DNA of 64,000 nt, taken from positions 2,839 through 66,838 of the forward strand of contig JBAWXN010000004.1 of assembly GCA_037144045.1 (NCBI GenBank). Reading direction: 5' to 3'. The stretch is from a bacterium. Lineage in GTDB: Bacteria > Patescibacteriota > Minisyncoccia > Phycocordibacterales > UBA1006. Positions 18,762 through 27,597 of this stretch are shown here, in pieces. A model generated the notes under the pieces. It did no database searches and was not told where the DNA came from. It worked only from the letters and a program-made list of their open reading frames with translations. Made by a program: the position numbers and the translations under genes. Position 1 is the stretch's first letter; each line of letters opens with the position of its first letter.

Positions 18762-20666
18762 ATGAAAATCCTGACCGTTATCCCTATTGCAAAAGGAATT
18801 CCCCGCGACGAACTGTCGTATTTTTCCGCTAAACCCGTGTCGCTCGGCATGCTCGTTACGGCACCTTTTGGAAAACGGACTATTAAAGGAGTCGTGGTAA
18901 ACAACGAGGACGTACGTGACCTGAAAGGCTCCATCAAACAAAGTAATTTTGCATTACGCAATATAACCACAATACACAGCAATACCATCCTCGCGCATAG
19001 TATTTTTTCGGCAGCACAAAAAACCGCTGAGTTTTTTGCTACACGTGTAGGACCTATTTTGGAAACCATGCTTCCCAATCAGGTATTTGATTACTACATT
19101 AGTCACCCGAGTTCATTACAAGAAAAAAGAATCCATAATCCAAACATTCAATCTATCCAAGTACCTCATTCGGAACGGGTATCTATGTATAAAACACTCA
19201 TCCGAGAAAATCTTGCCAAACATGTTTCTACTCTAATCGTAGTTCCAACCGTTGCCCATGCAGAACAATTTGCAGAACTCCTAGCAACAGGAATTACTGA
19301 GAAATTAGTGGTGCTTCATAGTAAAAAAACAAAAAAGCATATCGAAAAAAGTATTACCACCGTTCTTGAGCAGAAAAATCCCGTGTGTGTAATTGCCACG
19401 GCTCCATTTACTACATTAGTACGTAACGACTGGGATACGATTATTATTGAAGAATCAAGTTCATCATATTACCGTTACGGATTTGGACCAATTTTTGATA
19501 TGCGGTTTTTTGTAGAATATCTTGCTAAGGATTTTGGGAGTCGCCTTATTTATGCTGACACCCTCCTTGATACTACTATTCATGCGCGAATAAAACATCG
19601 TGAAATATTTGAAATGCGAACTACGTGGCATATTAAAAAACCAGAAGATTTCACCATCATCGATATGAAGGCGAAATCAGATAAGCAAGAACTCGTTAAG
19701 AAAACTTTTTCTGTACTCCACGAAACTACGTATCGAAAACTCGAGGAATCGTTAGCGCATCAATTTTCAGCACTCCTTCTTACTACCCGTAAAGGAATAG
19801 CGCCGGTAACGGTATGCTCTGATTGCGGAACACTGGTATCATGTCCTCAATGTGGGGCGGCGCTCGTACTCCATCGTAAGAAAAACAAGGACGTATCAAA
19901 TCACGAAACGCGCACCTATATGTGCCACCATTGTATGTATACTACCCCGCCCTATGATCGATGTCAGGTGTGTACCAGTTGGAAACTTACCCTGTTAGGT
20001 ATATCTACCGATTCAATACGTATGGAAATTGAAGAACAGTTCCCAACCATTCCCATATATGTATGCGATGGTGATACGAGTACTCCAGCAAGTCTTACGA
20101 AAGCAATTGCACTCTGGAAAAAAAGCCCAAGTATTTTGATCGCAACCCCTATGGTGTTGCCTTACATTACGAACGCCGATTTTGGATGCATTGTCTCTAT
20201 GGATTCACTGTTGTCACTTCCAACCTATACCGGAAGCGAACACGGTCTTCATACCGCACTCACTTTTTTGGAAAAAAATGTACACACCGCAATTATTCAA
20301 ACACGGTCACTCGAACACGATGTTATGCACGCCATTGCCCATGAAAGTATTTTTGAATTCATGAATAATGAAATTGAATCAAGGACTTTATTTGGATACC
20401 CTCCTACAAAGGCTCTTATTAAAATTTCATGTGAAGTACCCCAAGCACAAGCAGTAAACGCTTCAGCGTCGTTTGAAAAAATGTTTCAAGAATGGAGTCC
20501 TGATATCCTTGCTAAGCGTTCTAAACAACCAGAATCTATTATTATTCAAACAATCCTTAAAATAGATTCTGATTATTGGAAAACGCTTGATACTCCGCTG
20601 CGATTAATCCTTAAAGAAATCATGTCCGATTGCATTATCGAGGTAAATCCTGAGAGTATTTTATAA
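18762..20666 (+). CDS. priA: primosomal protein N-prime (PriA-like) with degenerate helicase ATPase motifs
   Basis: 634 aa; PriA N-terminal 3'-DNA-binding region (VIPIAKG..LSYF..PVSLGMLVTAPFGKR), Cys-rich zinc-binding insert (CSDCG..CPQCG...CHHC...CQVC); no GSGKT at the Walker A position and IIIEES in place of DEEH. Confidence 0.75.
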   Translation: MKILTVIPIAKGIPRDELSYFSAKPVSLGMLVTAPFGKRTIKGVVVNNEDVRDLKGSIKQSNFALRNITTIHSNTILAHSIFSAAQKTAEFFATRVGPILETMLPNQVFDYYISHPSSLQEKRIHNPNIQSIQVPHSERVSMYKTLIRENLAKHVSTLIVVPTVAHAEQFAELLATGITEKLVVLHSKKTKKHIEKSITTVLEQKNPVCVIATAPFTTLVRNDWDTIIIEESSSSYYRYGFGPIFDMRFFVEYLAKDFGSRLIYADTLLDTTIHARIKHREIFEMRTTWHIKKPEDFTIIDMKAKSDKQELVKKTFSVLHETTYRKLEESLAHQFSALLLTTRKGIAPVTVCSDCGTLVSCPQCGAALVLHRKKNKDVSNHETRTYMCHHCMYTTPPYDRCQVCTSWKLTLLGISTDSIRMEIEEQFPTIPIYVCDGDTSTPASLTKAIALWKKSPSILIATPMVLPYITNADFGCIVSMDSLLSLPTYTGSEHGLHTALTFLEKNVHTAIIQTRSLEHDVMHAIAHESIFEFMNNEIESRTLFGYPPTKALIKISCEVPQAQAVNASASFEKMFQEWSPDILAKRSKQPESIIIQTILKIDSDYWKTLDTPLRLILKEIMSDCIIEVNPESIL

Positions 20667-20692
20667 AATAATTATGCTACAGTAGAATCATT

Positions 20693-21565
20693 ATGATACT
20701 CACGACACACAACGAACCCAACTACGAACTCCTCGATTCTGGTGACGGTAAAAAACTAGAACGCTATGGTGAATACGTGCTTGCACGACCCGATCCTCAA
20801 GCGCTCTGGAAACCACTACTTGGCGCAAACGAATGGAACAAGGCCGATGCGTTGTTTATTCGCAATGGAAAGAAAACAGAATGGAAAACAAAAAAAGGGC
20901 TTCCCGATGCTTGGACGATTGCATTTGGTGGACTTACCATAGAAATCGTTCCTACGACATTCAAACACACAGGATTATTCCCGGAACATGCAACTACATG
21001 GAGCTGGATGCGCGACACCATTAAAAAAAGTAAGCGCCCCAATTCAGTAATCAACCTATTTGGATACACCGGAGGTGCAAGCCTCGCATGCGCACAAGCC
21101 GGTGCTGCGGTGTGTCATATTGACGGGTCTAAACTTGCCATTGAATGGGCAAAGAAAAACCAGAAACTCTCTGGGCTTGAACCTGATGCGGTTCGATGGA
21201 TCCTCGATGATGCACTTCTATTCTTAAAACGAGAAGTAAAACGTGGTAACAAATATGACGCCATTATTATGGACCCACCTGCTTTTGGTCGTGGTCCTGG
21301 TGGTGAAGTATGGAAAATAGAAGAACAATTCCAAGACCTTCTTGAGCTGTGTCGTAACGTGCTTTCTGATAAACCACTGTTTATCATTATCAACGGATAT
21401 GCTTCAGGATTTTCATCGATTGCGTATCAAAATAACCTTATTCCCTTCCAAAAGAAATTCGGGGGCACTATCGAACATGGTGAACTTACCCTTGAGGAAT
21501 CTGTATCAAAACGACTCCTTCCTTGTGGTATTTTTGCTCGGTGGAGTACACTTGCAGGAAAATAA
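20693..21565 (+). CDS. class I SAM-dependent RNA methyltransferase (RlmI/YccW-like)
   Basis: 290 aa; Rossmann MTase motifs (LFGYTGGASLA, IIMDPPAFGRG) in a PUA-less RlmI-like arrangement. Confidence 0.65.
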   Translation: MILTTHNEPNYELLDSGDGKKLERYGEYVLARPDPQALWKPLLGANEWNKADALFIRNGKKTEWKTKKGLPDAWTIAFGGLTIEIVPTTFKHTGLFPEHATTWSWMRDTIKKSKRPNSVINLFGYTGGASLACAQAGAAVCHIDGSKLAIEWAKKNQKLSGLEPDAVRWILDDALLFLKREVKRGNKYDAIIMDPPAFGRGPGGEVWKIEEQFQDLLELCRNVLSDKPLFIIINGYASGFSSIAYQNNLIPFQKKFGGTIEHGELTLEESVSKRLLPCGIFARWSTLAGK

Positions 21566-21589
21566 TTTATATGCTACAGTAACACAACT

Positions 21590-21820
21590 ATGGCAATAAA
21601 TGTGGAAATCACAAAAAACAACAACGAAAACGGAGCAAGTGTTTTGCGCCGTTTCGTAAAGAAAGTTCGAGGAGCTGGATTCCTTCAAGAAGTACGTAAC
21701 CGACGTTACTACTCTCGAAAACCTTCAGCGCTTCGCCGAAAAAATTCTAAGATCGTAGTTTTAGCACGAACAGCTACTTATAACGAAGATCTTAAAATGG
21801 GTAAAACGATCGAAAAATAG
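21590..21820 (+). CDS. rpsU: 30S ribosomal protein S21
   Basis: 76 aa; VLRRFVKKVRGAGFLQEVRNRRYYSRKPS matches the S21 consensus. Confidence 0.8.
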   Translation: MAINVEITKNNNENGASVLRRFVKKVRGAGFLQEVRNRRYYSRKPSALRRKNSKIVVLARTATYNEDLKMGKTIEK

Positions 21821-21825
21821 TCTCT

Positions 21826-22218
21826 ATGCAGAAACACCTCGAAAATCTCACGATCACTCGAGAAACTCGTGGCAAGCTTCCCAGCTTGCCATTTCTGCGT
21901 ATGAAAAATACAATCCTTGGTGAAAATTATGAATTATCACTCGTGTTCGTTGGAAGAAATAAAGCAATTCAGCTTCATAAGGACTGGAAATCTAAAAATG
22001 ACCCAGTGAACATTCTCAGTTTCCCTCTTTCCAAGACCGAAGGTGAAATAATTATTTCCCTTGAAAAGGCTCGGAGCGAGTGCAAACATTTTGACCGTAC
22101 CTATGAAAACTATCTTGCATTTCTTTTTATTCACGGATGCACCCACCTCAAAGGTTTTGTTCATGGGAATAAAATGGAACAAGAAGAAAAGAAATATCGT
22201 GGTATGTTTGGTATCTAA
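21826..22218 (+). CDS. ybeY: rRNA maturation endoribonuclease YbeY
   Basis: 130 aa; zinc-binding H3xH5xH motif HGCTHLKGFVHG. Confidence 0.85.
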   Translation: MQKHLENLTITRETRGKLPSLPFLRMKNTILGENYELSLVFVGRNKAIQLHKDWKSKNDPVNILSFPLSKTEGEIIISLEKARSECKHFDRTYENYLAFLFIHGCTHLKGFVHGNKMEQEEKKYRGMFGI

Positions 22219-22271
22219 CCCCTCAGTCTCGCTTCGCTCGACAGCTCCCCTTATAAAGGGGAGCCAAGGCT
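22219..22271. repeat. left terminal inverted repeat (53 bp perfect, about 58 bp imperfect)
   Basis: cccctcagtctcgcttcgctcgacagctccccttataaaggggagccaaggct. Confidence 0.85.
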
Positions 22272-22634
22272 CCGATTGGGTTCACGACATAATAGCTCCA
22301 TTTTTATTTTCTGGGTTACAGATGGTAAATTATTTCTTATATCTTCATTTAAAAATCTCAATATGAGAATTTTTTTATTTTGTAAATAAATATCCCTTTC
22401 TTTATCATATATAACCTGATTCAAATGATGAGCACCATCGAGCTCAATTCCTACTCTATATCTAGGGGAATAAAAATCTAATATATAGGCACCAATTGAA
22501 TACTGTCTTCGAAATCGAGCATTATTAATATATTTTTTCAAGATACTCCAAATAATCCTTTCCTCACCAGTTAAAGCTCTTCTTAATGATTTTCTACGAA
22601 CTTTTAAAATAGATTGATTGTAAAGCTGTGTCAT
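22251..22634 (-). CDS. DUF559 (Vsr-like, PD-(D/E)xK) endonuclease-domain protein
   Basis: 127 aa; ERIIWSILKK..FRRQYSIGAYILDFYSPRYRVGIELDGAHH...ILILRFLNEDI matches the DUF559 consensus; the C-terminal codons run into the left inverted repeat. Confidence 0.8.
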   Translation of the reverse strand: MTQLYNQSILKVRRKSLRRALTGEERIIWSILKKYINNARFRRQYSIGAYILDFYSPRYRVGIELDGAHHLNQVIYDKERDIYLQNKKILILRFLNEDIRNNLPSVTQKIKMELLCREPNRSLGSPL

Positions 22635-22683
22635 AGAATATAATTACAACACAATGAGTTAAATAAAATTTAAATTCTATCGA

Positions 22684-22736
22684 AGCCTTGGCTCCCCTTT
22701 ATAAGGGGAGCTGTCGAGCGAAGCGAGACTGAGGGG
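22684..22736. repeat. right terminal inverted repeat (53 bp perfect)
   Basis: Exact reverse complement of 22219-22271. Confidence 0.85.
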
Positions 22737-22742
22737 TTTATT

Positions 22743-22770
22743 TTGATAATTGAGAAAAATTTTATATAAT
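22743..22770 (+). promoter_or_regulatory. sigma70-like promoter for ftsA
   Basis: -35 TTGATA (22743-22748), 16 bp spacer, -10 TATAAT (22765-22770), about 10 bp upstream of the ftsA ATG. Confidence 0.5.
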
Positions 22771-22779
22771 ACAAGCATC

Positions 22780-23961
22780 ATGGCTCGAGACTCTAAAAAA
22801 ATTGTAGTAGGTATCGATATCGGATCACAAATGACTCGGGTAATCGTCGCGGAAGAATCCGTAAAATTGGGCTATCCTCCAAAAATACTTTCCATCGGAT
22901 ATGCAGAATCGTTCGGTATGCGTCATGGATATGTCGTGTCGCCTCGGGATGCAACCGCGTCAGTAAGCGAAGCACTGCGCATGGCTGAAAAATCAAGTGG
23001 CGTGGAAATCAAACGCGCCTACGTTGCACTTGGCGGCATTAGTTTATCATCTGAAATTGCAGGAGGTGCCGCAGGAATTGCTCGCCCTGATGGTGAAGTT
23101 ACCGATGAAGACATTCATAATGTTATGACCATTGCTGAACAAGCATTTAGCAGTAGTAAAAAGAATCGGAAAATTCTTCACGCAATCCCATTAAAATATC
23201 GCCTTGATGGTTACGAAGTTATGGGTAACCCAATTGGAATGCGCGGCAGTAGACTTGAAATTCGTGTGGTATTTGTTACCGTACTCGAACATCATTTTAA
23301 CGATATTGTTTCTGTGATTACTGATGCTGGCGTAGATATTATTGACGTCATTGCAGCCCCTATTGCTGAAAGTATGGCAACACTCACCAAGAAGCAAAAA
23401 ACTGTTGGTTGCGGCCTACTCAATATCGGGTCTGAAACCGTTTCACTCGCAGTGTTTGATAACGATACTCCGGTATCAGTAGAAACATTTTCTATTGGCT
23501 CAAATGACATTACTAATGACATCGCGCTCGGACTACGCATTTCACTTGATGAAGCTGAACGAGTAAAGGTAGGTAAATTTGAAACCGGGCAATTTCCCAA
23601 GAAGAAGATTGAAGAAATAATCGATGCACGTCTGTCTGATATTTTTGACCTCATCCAAAATCACTTAAAGGCTATTAAACGTGACGGACTCCTCCCTGCT
23701 GGAATTATTATTACTGGTGGAGGCGGTATGCTTGCCCACATTGATGAGTTTTCAAAAGCTGCGCTCAAATTACCTAGTGCTGTAATGCATGTTGACCAAG
23801 TAATGAACACACGACGTGACCTGGATCCTTCATGGCTCGTGGTATATGGACTGTGCTTCCTTGAAGACGATGATCAAGTATACGGATCAAAGATATTCAA
23901 AGCAGCCATGAAAGAAACTAAAAACGGCCTCATGAAGATCCTTAGAGAATTTTTACCATAA
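22780..23961 (+). CDS. ftsA: cell division protein FtsA
   Basis: Actin-fold ATPase motifs (VVGIDIGS, IITGGGG) and FtsA domain order; ATG at 22780 preferred over the TTG at 22750. Confidence 0.9.
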   Translation: MARDSKKIVVGIDIGSQMTRVIVAEESVKLGYPPKILSIGYAESFGMRHGYVVSPRDATASVSEALRMAEKSSGVEIKRAYVALGGISLSSEIAGGAAGIARPDGEVTDEDIHNVMTIAEQAFSSSKKNRKILHAIPLKYRLDGYEVMGNPIGMRGSRLEIRVVFVTVLEHHFNDIVSVITDAGVDIIDVIAAPIAESMATLTKKQKTVGCGLLNIGSETVSLAVFDNDTPVSVETFSIGSNDITNDIALGLRISLDEAERVKVGKFETGQFPKKKIEEIIDARLSDIFDLIQNHLKAIKRDGLLPAGIIITGGGGMLAHIDEFSKAALKLPSAVMHVDQVMNTRRDLDPSWLVVYGLCFLEDDDQVYGSKIFKAAMKETKNGLMKILREFLP

Positions 23962-24126
23962 CAACCCTGATAATTCATGGGTTTTTATGTTGTACAAAAT
24001 ATAATTACATAACTTTTATAGTATTCGTCAATCTTCTAAGAATTGCTTGTTTTATAGGTTTGAGCTATTATATGCGTATTCACTTAATAAGACAGGGATT
24101 CCCTATTTAACGAATACACTTTCACT

Positions 24127-25296
24127 ATGGCTAAAATAAATCCAGATATTCAAAGTTTCGCTCGCATCAAGGTTATTGGTGTCGGTGGATCAGGAAAAAA
24201 TGCACTCAATCACATGATCGACTCAAAAGTTGATGGTGTTGAATTTATTTGCATGAACACTGACACTCAAGACCTTCATCACTCAAAAGCAACTAAAAAA
24301 ATTCACATTGGTCGCAACCTCACTAAAGGTCAAGGAACTGGAATGAATCCAGAAATTGGACGTGAAGCTGCAGAAGAAACCAAAGCTGAAATTCAAGAAG
24401 CCATTAAAGGAGCTGACATGGTATTCATTGCTTGTGGTATGGGTGGAGGAACCGGAACTGGAGCTGCACCAATCGTTGCACGCACTGCTCGAGAACTCGG
24501 AGCACTTACTATCGCTGTAGTAACGAAGCCATTTGCATTTGAAGGACAACAACGACTTCGCATCGCTGACCAAGGACTTTCAGACCTTGAAAAAGAAGTT
24601 GATGCTATGATTACGGTTCCTAATGATCGACTCCTTTCAATTACTTCGAAAGACACTTCATTCAAAGACGCCTTTGCAATGTCAGATGAAATCCTCCGCC
24701 AAGCTGTTGAAGGTATTGCAGAACTTATTACTACTCAAGGAATAGTAAACATTGATTTCGCTGACATTCGTTCAGTGATGTCTGATGCAGGTGCTGCGTT
24801 TATGGGTATCGGAACGGCTACAGGTGAAAACCGAGCCGAAGAAGCAGCTTACAATGCTATCAATTCCCCTCTCCTTGACGTTGCTATTTCCGGAGCTAAA
24901 GGAGTGTTGTTTGCAATTTCAGGTGGTGACGATGTTACCATGCATGAAGTAAACAGTATTGCGAAAATTGTTACTGAATCGGTTGACCCTGATGCTAAGA
25001 TTATCTTTGGACCTATCCATGACGATAAACTTAAAAAAGGTGAAATTAAAGTTACTGTTATTGCAACTGGATTCACTCCTCAGAAAAAAGGAGCTTCTGT
25101 CCAACAAGCTATGGTACAACGATCTGCACCAGCACCTGTTGAACGAACTATTCCTATTGAAAAGCGAGAAATTCATAACAGTCTCCCTGTTGAACCTCGC
25201 AAACCTGTTGAAAAAGTTATCGAAGAAATCGGTGAAGATGACGATGATGACTTTGGATCTGCAATCCCTGCATTCCTCCGAAGAAGTAAAAAATAA
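24127..25296 (+). CDS. ftsZ: cell division GTPase FtsZ
   Basis: 389 aa; tubulin signature GGGTGTG, T7 loop NxDFAD and an acidic C-terminal tail. Confidence 0.95.
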   Translation: MAKINPDIQSFARIKVIGVGGSGKNALNHMIDSKVDGVEFICMNTDTQDLHHSKATKKIHIGRNLTKGQGTGMNPEIGREAAEETKAEIQEAIKGADMVFIACGMGGGTGTGAAPIVARTARELGALTIAVVTKPFAFEGQQRLRIADQGLSDLEKEVDAMITVPNDRLLSITSKDTSFKDAFAMSDEILRQAVEGIAELITTQGIVNIDFADIRSVMSDAGAAFMGIGTATGENRAEEAAYNAINSPLLDVAISGAKGVLFAISGGDDVTMHEVNSIAKIVTESVDPDAKIIFGPIHDDKLKKGEIKVTVIATGFTPQKKGASVQQAMVQRSAPAPVERTIPIEKREIHNSLPVEPRKPVEKVIEEIGEDDDDDFGSAIPAFLRRSKK

Positions 25297-25303
25297 GCAA
25301 ATT

Positions 25304-25324
25304 TCCCCTAATGGGGATTTTTTG
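25304..25324 (+). terminator. rho-independent terminator after ftsZ
   Basis: Hairpin tcccctaatgggga followed by a T-run. Confidence 0.55.
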
Positions 25325-25337
25325 TTACAATCATCTC

Positions 25338-26267
25338 ATGAATACTACTTACGATTTGGTGATCATTGGTGGTGGCCCTGCTGGAGCTGCTGCTGCAGTC
25401 TATGCTGCCCGAAAACAACTCAAGACTGTGCTTATTACCCCTGAATTTGGTGGACAATCAGTCGTATCTGAAACTATCTACAACTGGATTGGTACCCCTG
25501 AGATTTCAGGCGCTGACTTGGCAAAGAGTCTTGAAAAACATGTTAGTGCGTATGAAGGCCCTTTCCTTGACATTATCAAGGGTGAATACGTTAGTACAGT
25601 AACTAAATCTGGCGAATTATTCACTACCAAAACAACCAGTAAGTCATTTGAATCAAGAACTGTTCTTGTAACCACAGGAAGTGTACGCCGCAAACTTGAA
25701 ATTCCTGGTGCTGACACTTATGAAAATAAAGGAGTCGTTTATTGTGCATCATGTGACGGCCCTCTGTTTTCAGGACAAAATGTAGTTGTAGTTGGTGGTG
25801 GTAATGCAGCGTTCGAATCAGCAGCACAACTCGCGGCTTACTGTACTCACGTAACCATTGTTCACCGTAGTGACCACTTCAAAGCCGACGCCATTACGGT
25901 TGAAAAAGTTTCTGCAATGCCGAATGTGACTATTAAAACTTTTGTTGAACCTACTGAAATAATCGGTGAAGTATTTGTAACGGGAATGAAAGTAAAAAAT
26001 ACCCAGGATCAATCAGAGGAACTTATTCCTTGCGGTGGAGTATTTGTAGAAATTGGACAAATCCCTAATACGGGATATGTAAAAGACCTGGTGGAAACCA
26101 ATGAAATTGGAACTATTCGCATTGATCCATGGACTCAAGCGACTTCATGCAGTGGTATTTGGGCTGCTGGTGACTGTACCAATATTCACTACCACCAAAA
26201 CAACATTGCTGCTGGTGATGCAGTTAAGGCACTCGAGGATATTTATTTGTATCTTAAAGCCCGCTAA
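25338..26267 (+). CDS. trxB: thioredoxin-disulfide reductase
   Basis: FAD-binding GGGPAG, redox-active CASCDG, NADPH-binding GGGNAA; probable start at MNTTYD. Confidence 0.85.
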   Translation: MNTTYDLVIIGGGPAGAAAAVYAARKQLKTVLITPEFGGQSVVSETIYNWIGTPEISGADLAKSLEKHVSAYEGPFLDIIKGEYVSTVTKSGELFTTKTTSKSFESRTVLVTTGSVRRKLEIPGADTYENKGVVYCASCDGPLFSGQNVVVVGGGNAAFESAAQLAAYCTHVTIVHRSDHFKADAITVEKVSAMPNVTIKTFVEPTEIIGEVFVTGMKVKNTQDQSEELIPCGGVFVEIGQIPNTGYVKDLVETNEIGTIRIDPWTQATSCSGIWAAGDCTNIHYHQNNIAAGDAVKALEDIYLYLKAR

Positions 26268-26350
26268 TACTAGCCATGCTTCGGCATGGTTTTTATTTTT
26301 GACAAATTATTTAATGTTTGGTATTATATTTTCGAAACAAAATCTATTAC

Positions 26351-26929
26351 ATGATTACCGACCTTATTCTTTCACTAGACACGGAGTTCAATGGCGATAT
26401 TCCAGGAATAAATTCACTATGGTCTATAGGTGCAGCAGCCTTTAGTATAGAAAAAGACAACGATGAATTTAAACCAAAACTCATTGATCAATTTGAAGTC
26501 CATCTTAACGACCTCCCAGGAACAATTCATAGCCAAAGTAATATGGAGTTTTGGGAACAACATCAACAAGCATGGCAATACTGTAGAGAAAACAGTATCG
26601 AACCAAAACGTGCGATTGAATTATTTGATGTATGGCTTCATAAACTACCTAAAAAGTACATCGTTGCCACCTGGCCTGCAAATGCAGACGTTGGGTACGT
26701 CGAATATTACTTTGAACGATTTCTTAAAAAGCGCCCTTTTCCTGACTTTCTTTTAGACCTTCGTTCGTATTCTTTTGCAATGCTTAAACAAGAACAATGG
26801 AAAGATGCTGGAATGAAAGATTTACCTGAAGGATGGAAACCGTATAACCCAACACCTCATCGCGCCTGCGCTGACGCTATAGCACAAGGATACCTTGCAT
26901 GTAATCTTATTATTGCAAATCTTAAATAA
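26351..26929 (+). CDS. DEDDh-family 3'-5' exonuclease domain protein
   Basis: Exo I motif LSLDTEFNG and Exo III motif HRACADAIAQG; probable start at MITDL (26351). Confidence 0.6.
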   Translation: MITDLILSLDTEFNGDIPGINSLWSIGAAAFSIEKDNDEFKPKLIDQFEVHLNDLPGTIHSQSNMEFWEQHQQAWQYCRENSIEPKRAIELFDVWLHKLPKKYIVATWPANADVGYVEYYFERFLKKRPFPDFLLDLRSYSFAMLKQEQWKDAGMKDLPEGWKPYNPTPHRACADAIAQGYLACNLIIANLK

Positions 26930-26975
26930 CCCTTACCCTGATGGAACCACCATTGGGGAATTTTTATACACAAAA

Positions 26976-26996
26976 ACAACCCGAGATGGGTTGTTT
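26976..26996. terminator. hairpin terminator between the exonuclease gene and tRNA-Glu
   Basis: aacaacccgagatgggttgtt flanked by an A-run and a T-run. Confidence 0.55.
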
Positions 26997-27005
26997 TTGA
27001 TTCTG

Positions 27006-27077
27006 TGACCCTACTGGGAGTCGCACCCAGCTTCCAAGATTGAAAATCTTGTGTCCTAACTGATAGACGATAGGGCC
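27006..27077 (-). tRNA. tRNA-Glu (anticodon UUC)
   Basis: Reverse complement folds as a cloverleaf: acceptor GGCCCTA/TAGGGTC, D-arm TCGTCTA..GGACAC as in bacterial tRNA-Glu, anticodon loop TTTTCAA; T-loop TGCGACT slightly atypical. Confidence 0.7.
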
Positions 27078-27154
27078 AATACTTTAATTAAAAAGCTTTG
27101 AGAATATAACATGTTTTTACAAAAAAGAAAAGCCCTTTTCGGGCTCAAAATAAG

Positions 27155-27517
27155 TTAATGAATCGTAATCACGTCCTGACTCAAATCTACCGCATCCTGG
27201 TAGCATAAATCGACACTATTATGCGGGTAGATAAGAAAAACTACCTGATAATACTTTATAAAATGAGCAACTTGTTCCAAGGCGTTTTTCTTGCGTAATT
27301 GATCGGTAAAATGTTCACTCTCGGTAGCAGGCATAAACCCTGCTGAACGGAGTACTTGTGAAATAGTTTGAGCACGAACACTTTTAGTATCACATACTAC
27401 TACCCCCGTTGGTTGCTTAAGCTTATCTAATGCTGTAGTAACCGCATCTTTTGTGAATTTATACGTATCATCAATGATAACAATTCGTGATATTTTTTTC
27501 GTTCTCTGCATATTCAT
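27155..27517 (-). CDS. hypothetical protein (possibly a PIN/NYN-like fold)
   Basis: 120 aa; RIVIIDDTYKF...VVVCDT pattern; has its own hairpin terminator at 27129-27143. Confidence 0.4.
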   Translation of the reverse strand: MNMQRTKKISRIVIIDDTYKFTKDAVTTALDKLKQPTGVVVCDTKSVRAQTISQVLRSAGFMPATESEHFTDQLRKKNALEQVAHFIKYYQVVFLIYPHNSVDLCYQDAVDLSQDVITIH

Positions 27518-27597
27518 CGTTTAAATGCACAATATCACGTTTTAATAAAAAGTCAATTCTCCAGAAAAAAACCTGGCCGAAGCCAGGAATTTGTTAA

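Larger units (their letters stand above)
22219..22736. mobile_element. 518 bp element bounded by perfect 53 bp terminal inverted repeats and carrying only a DUF559 endonuclease gene
   Basis: 22219-22271 is the exact reverse complement of 22684-22736; each repeat contains an internal hairpin (gctcccc-ttataaa-ggggagc); the element sits between the ybeY stop and the ftsA promoter. Confidence 0.6.

Noticed and set aside
18731-19078. 115 aa minus-strand ORF
   Set aside because: It overlaps the priA start and N-terminal domain and has no motif support.
24959-25444. 161 aa ORF in the ORF track overlapping the ftsZ 3' end and the trxB 5' end
   Set aside because: It is a low-complexity Leu/Lys-rich translation of an alternative frame. 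It overlaps two well-supported genes and the ftsZ terminator.
26931-26975. Imperfect palindrome upstream of the tRNA-Glu terminator
   Set aside because: The two arms are not truly complementary on close reading. It is probably just promoter or spacer sequence.
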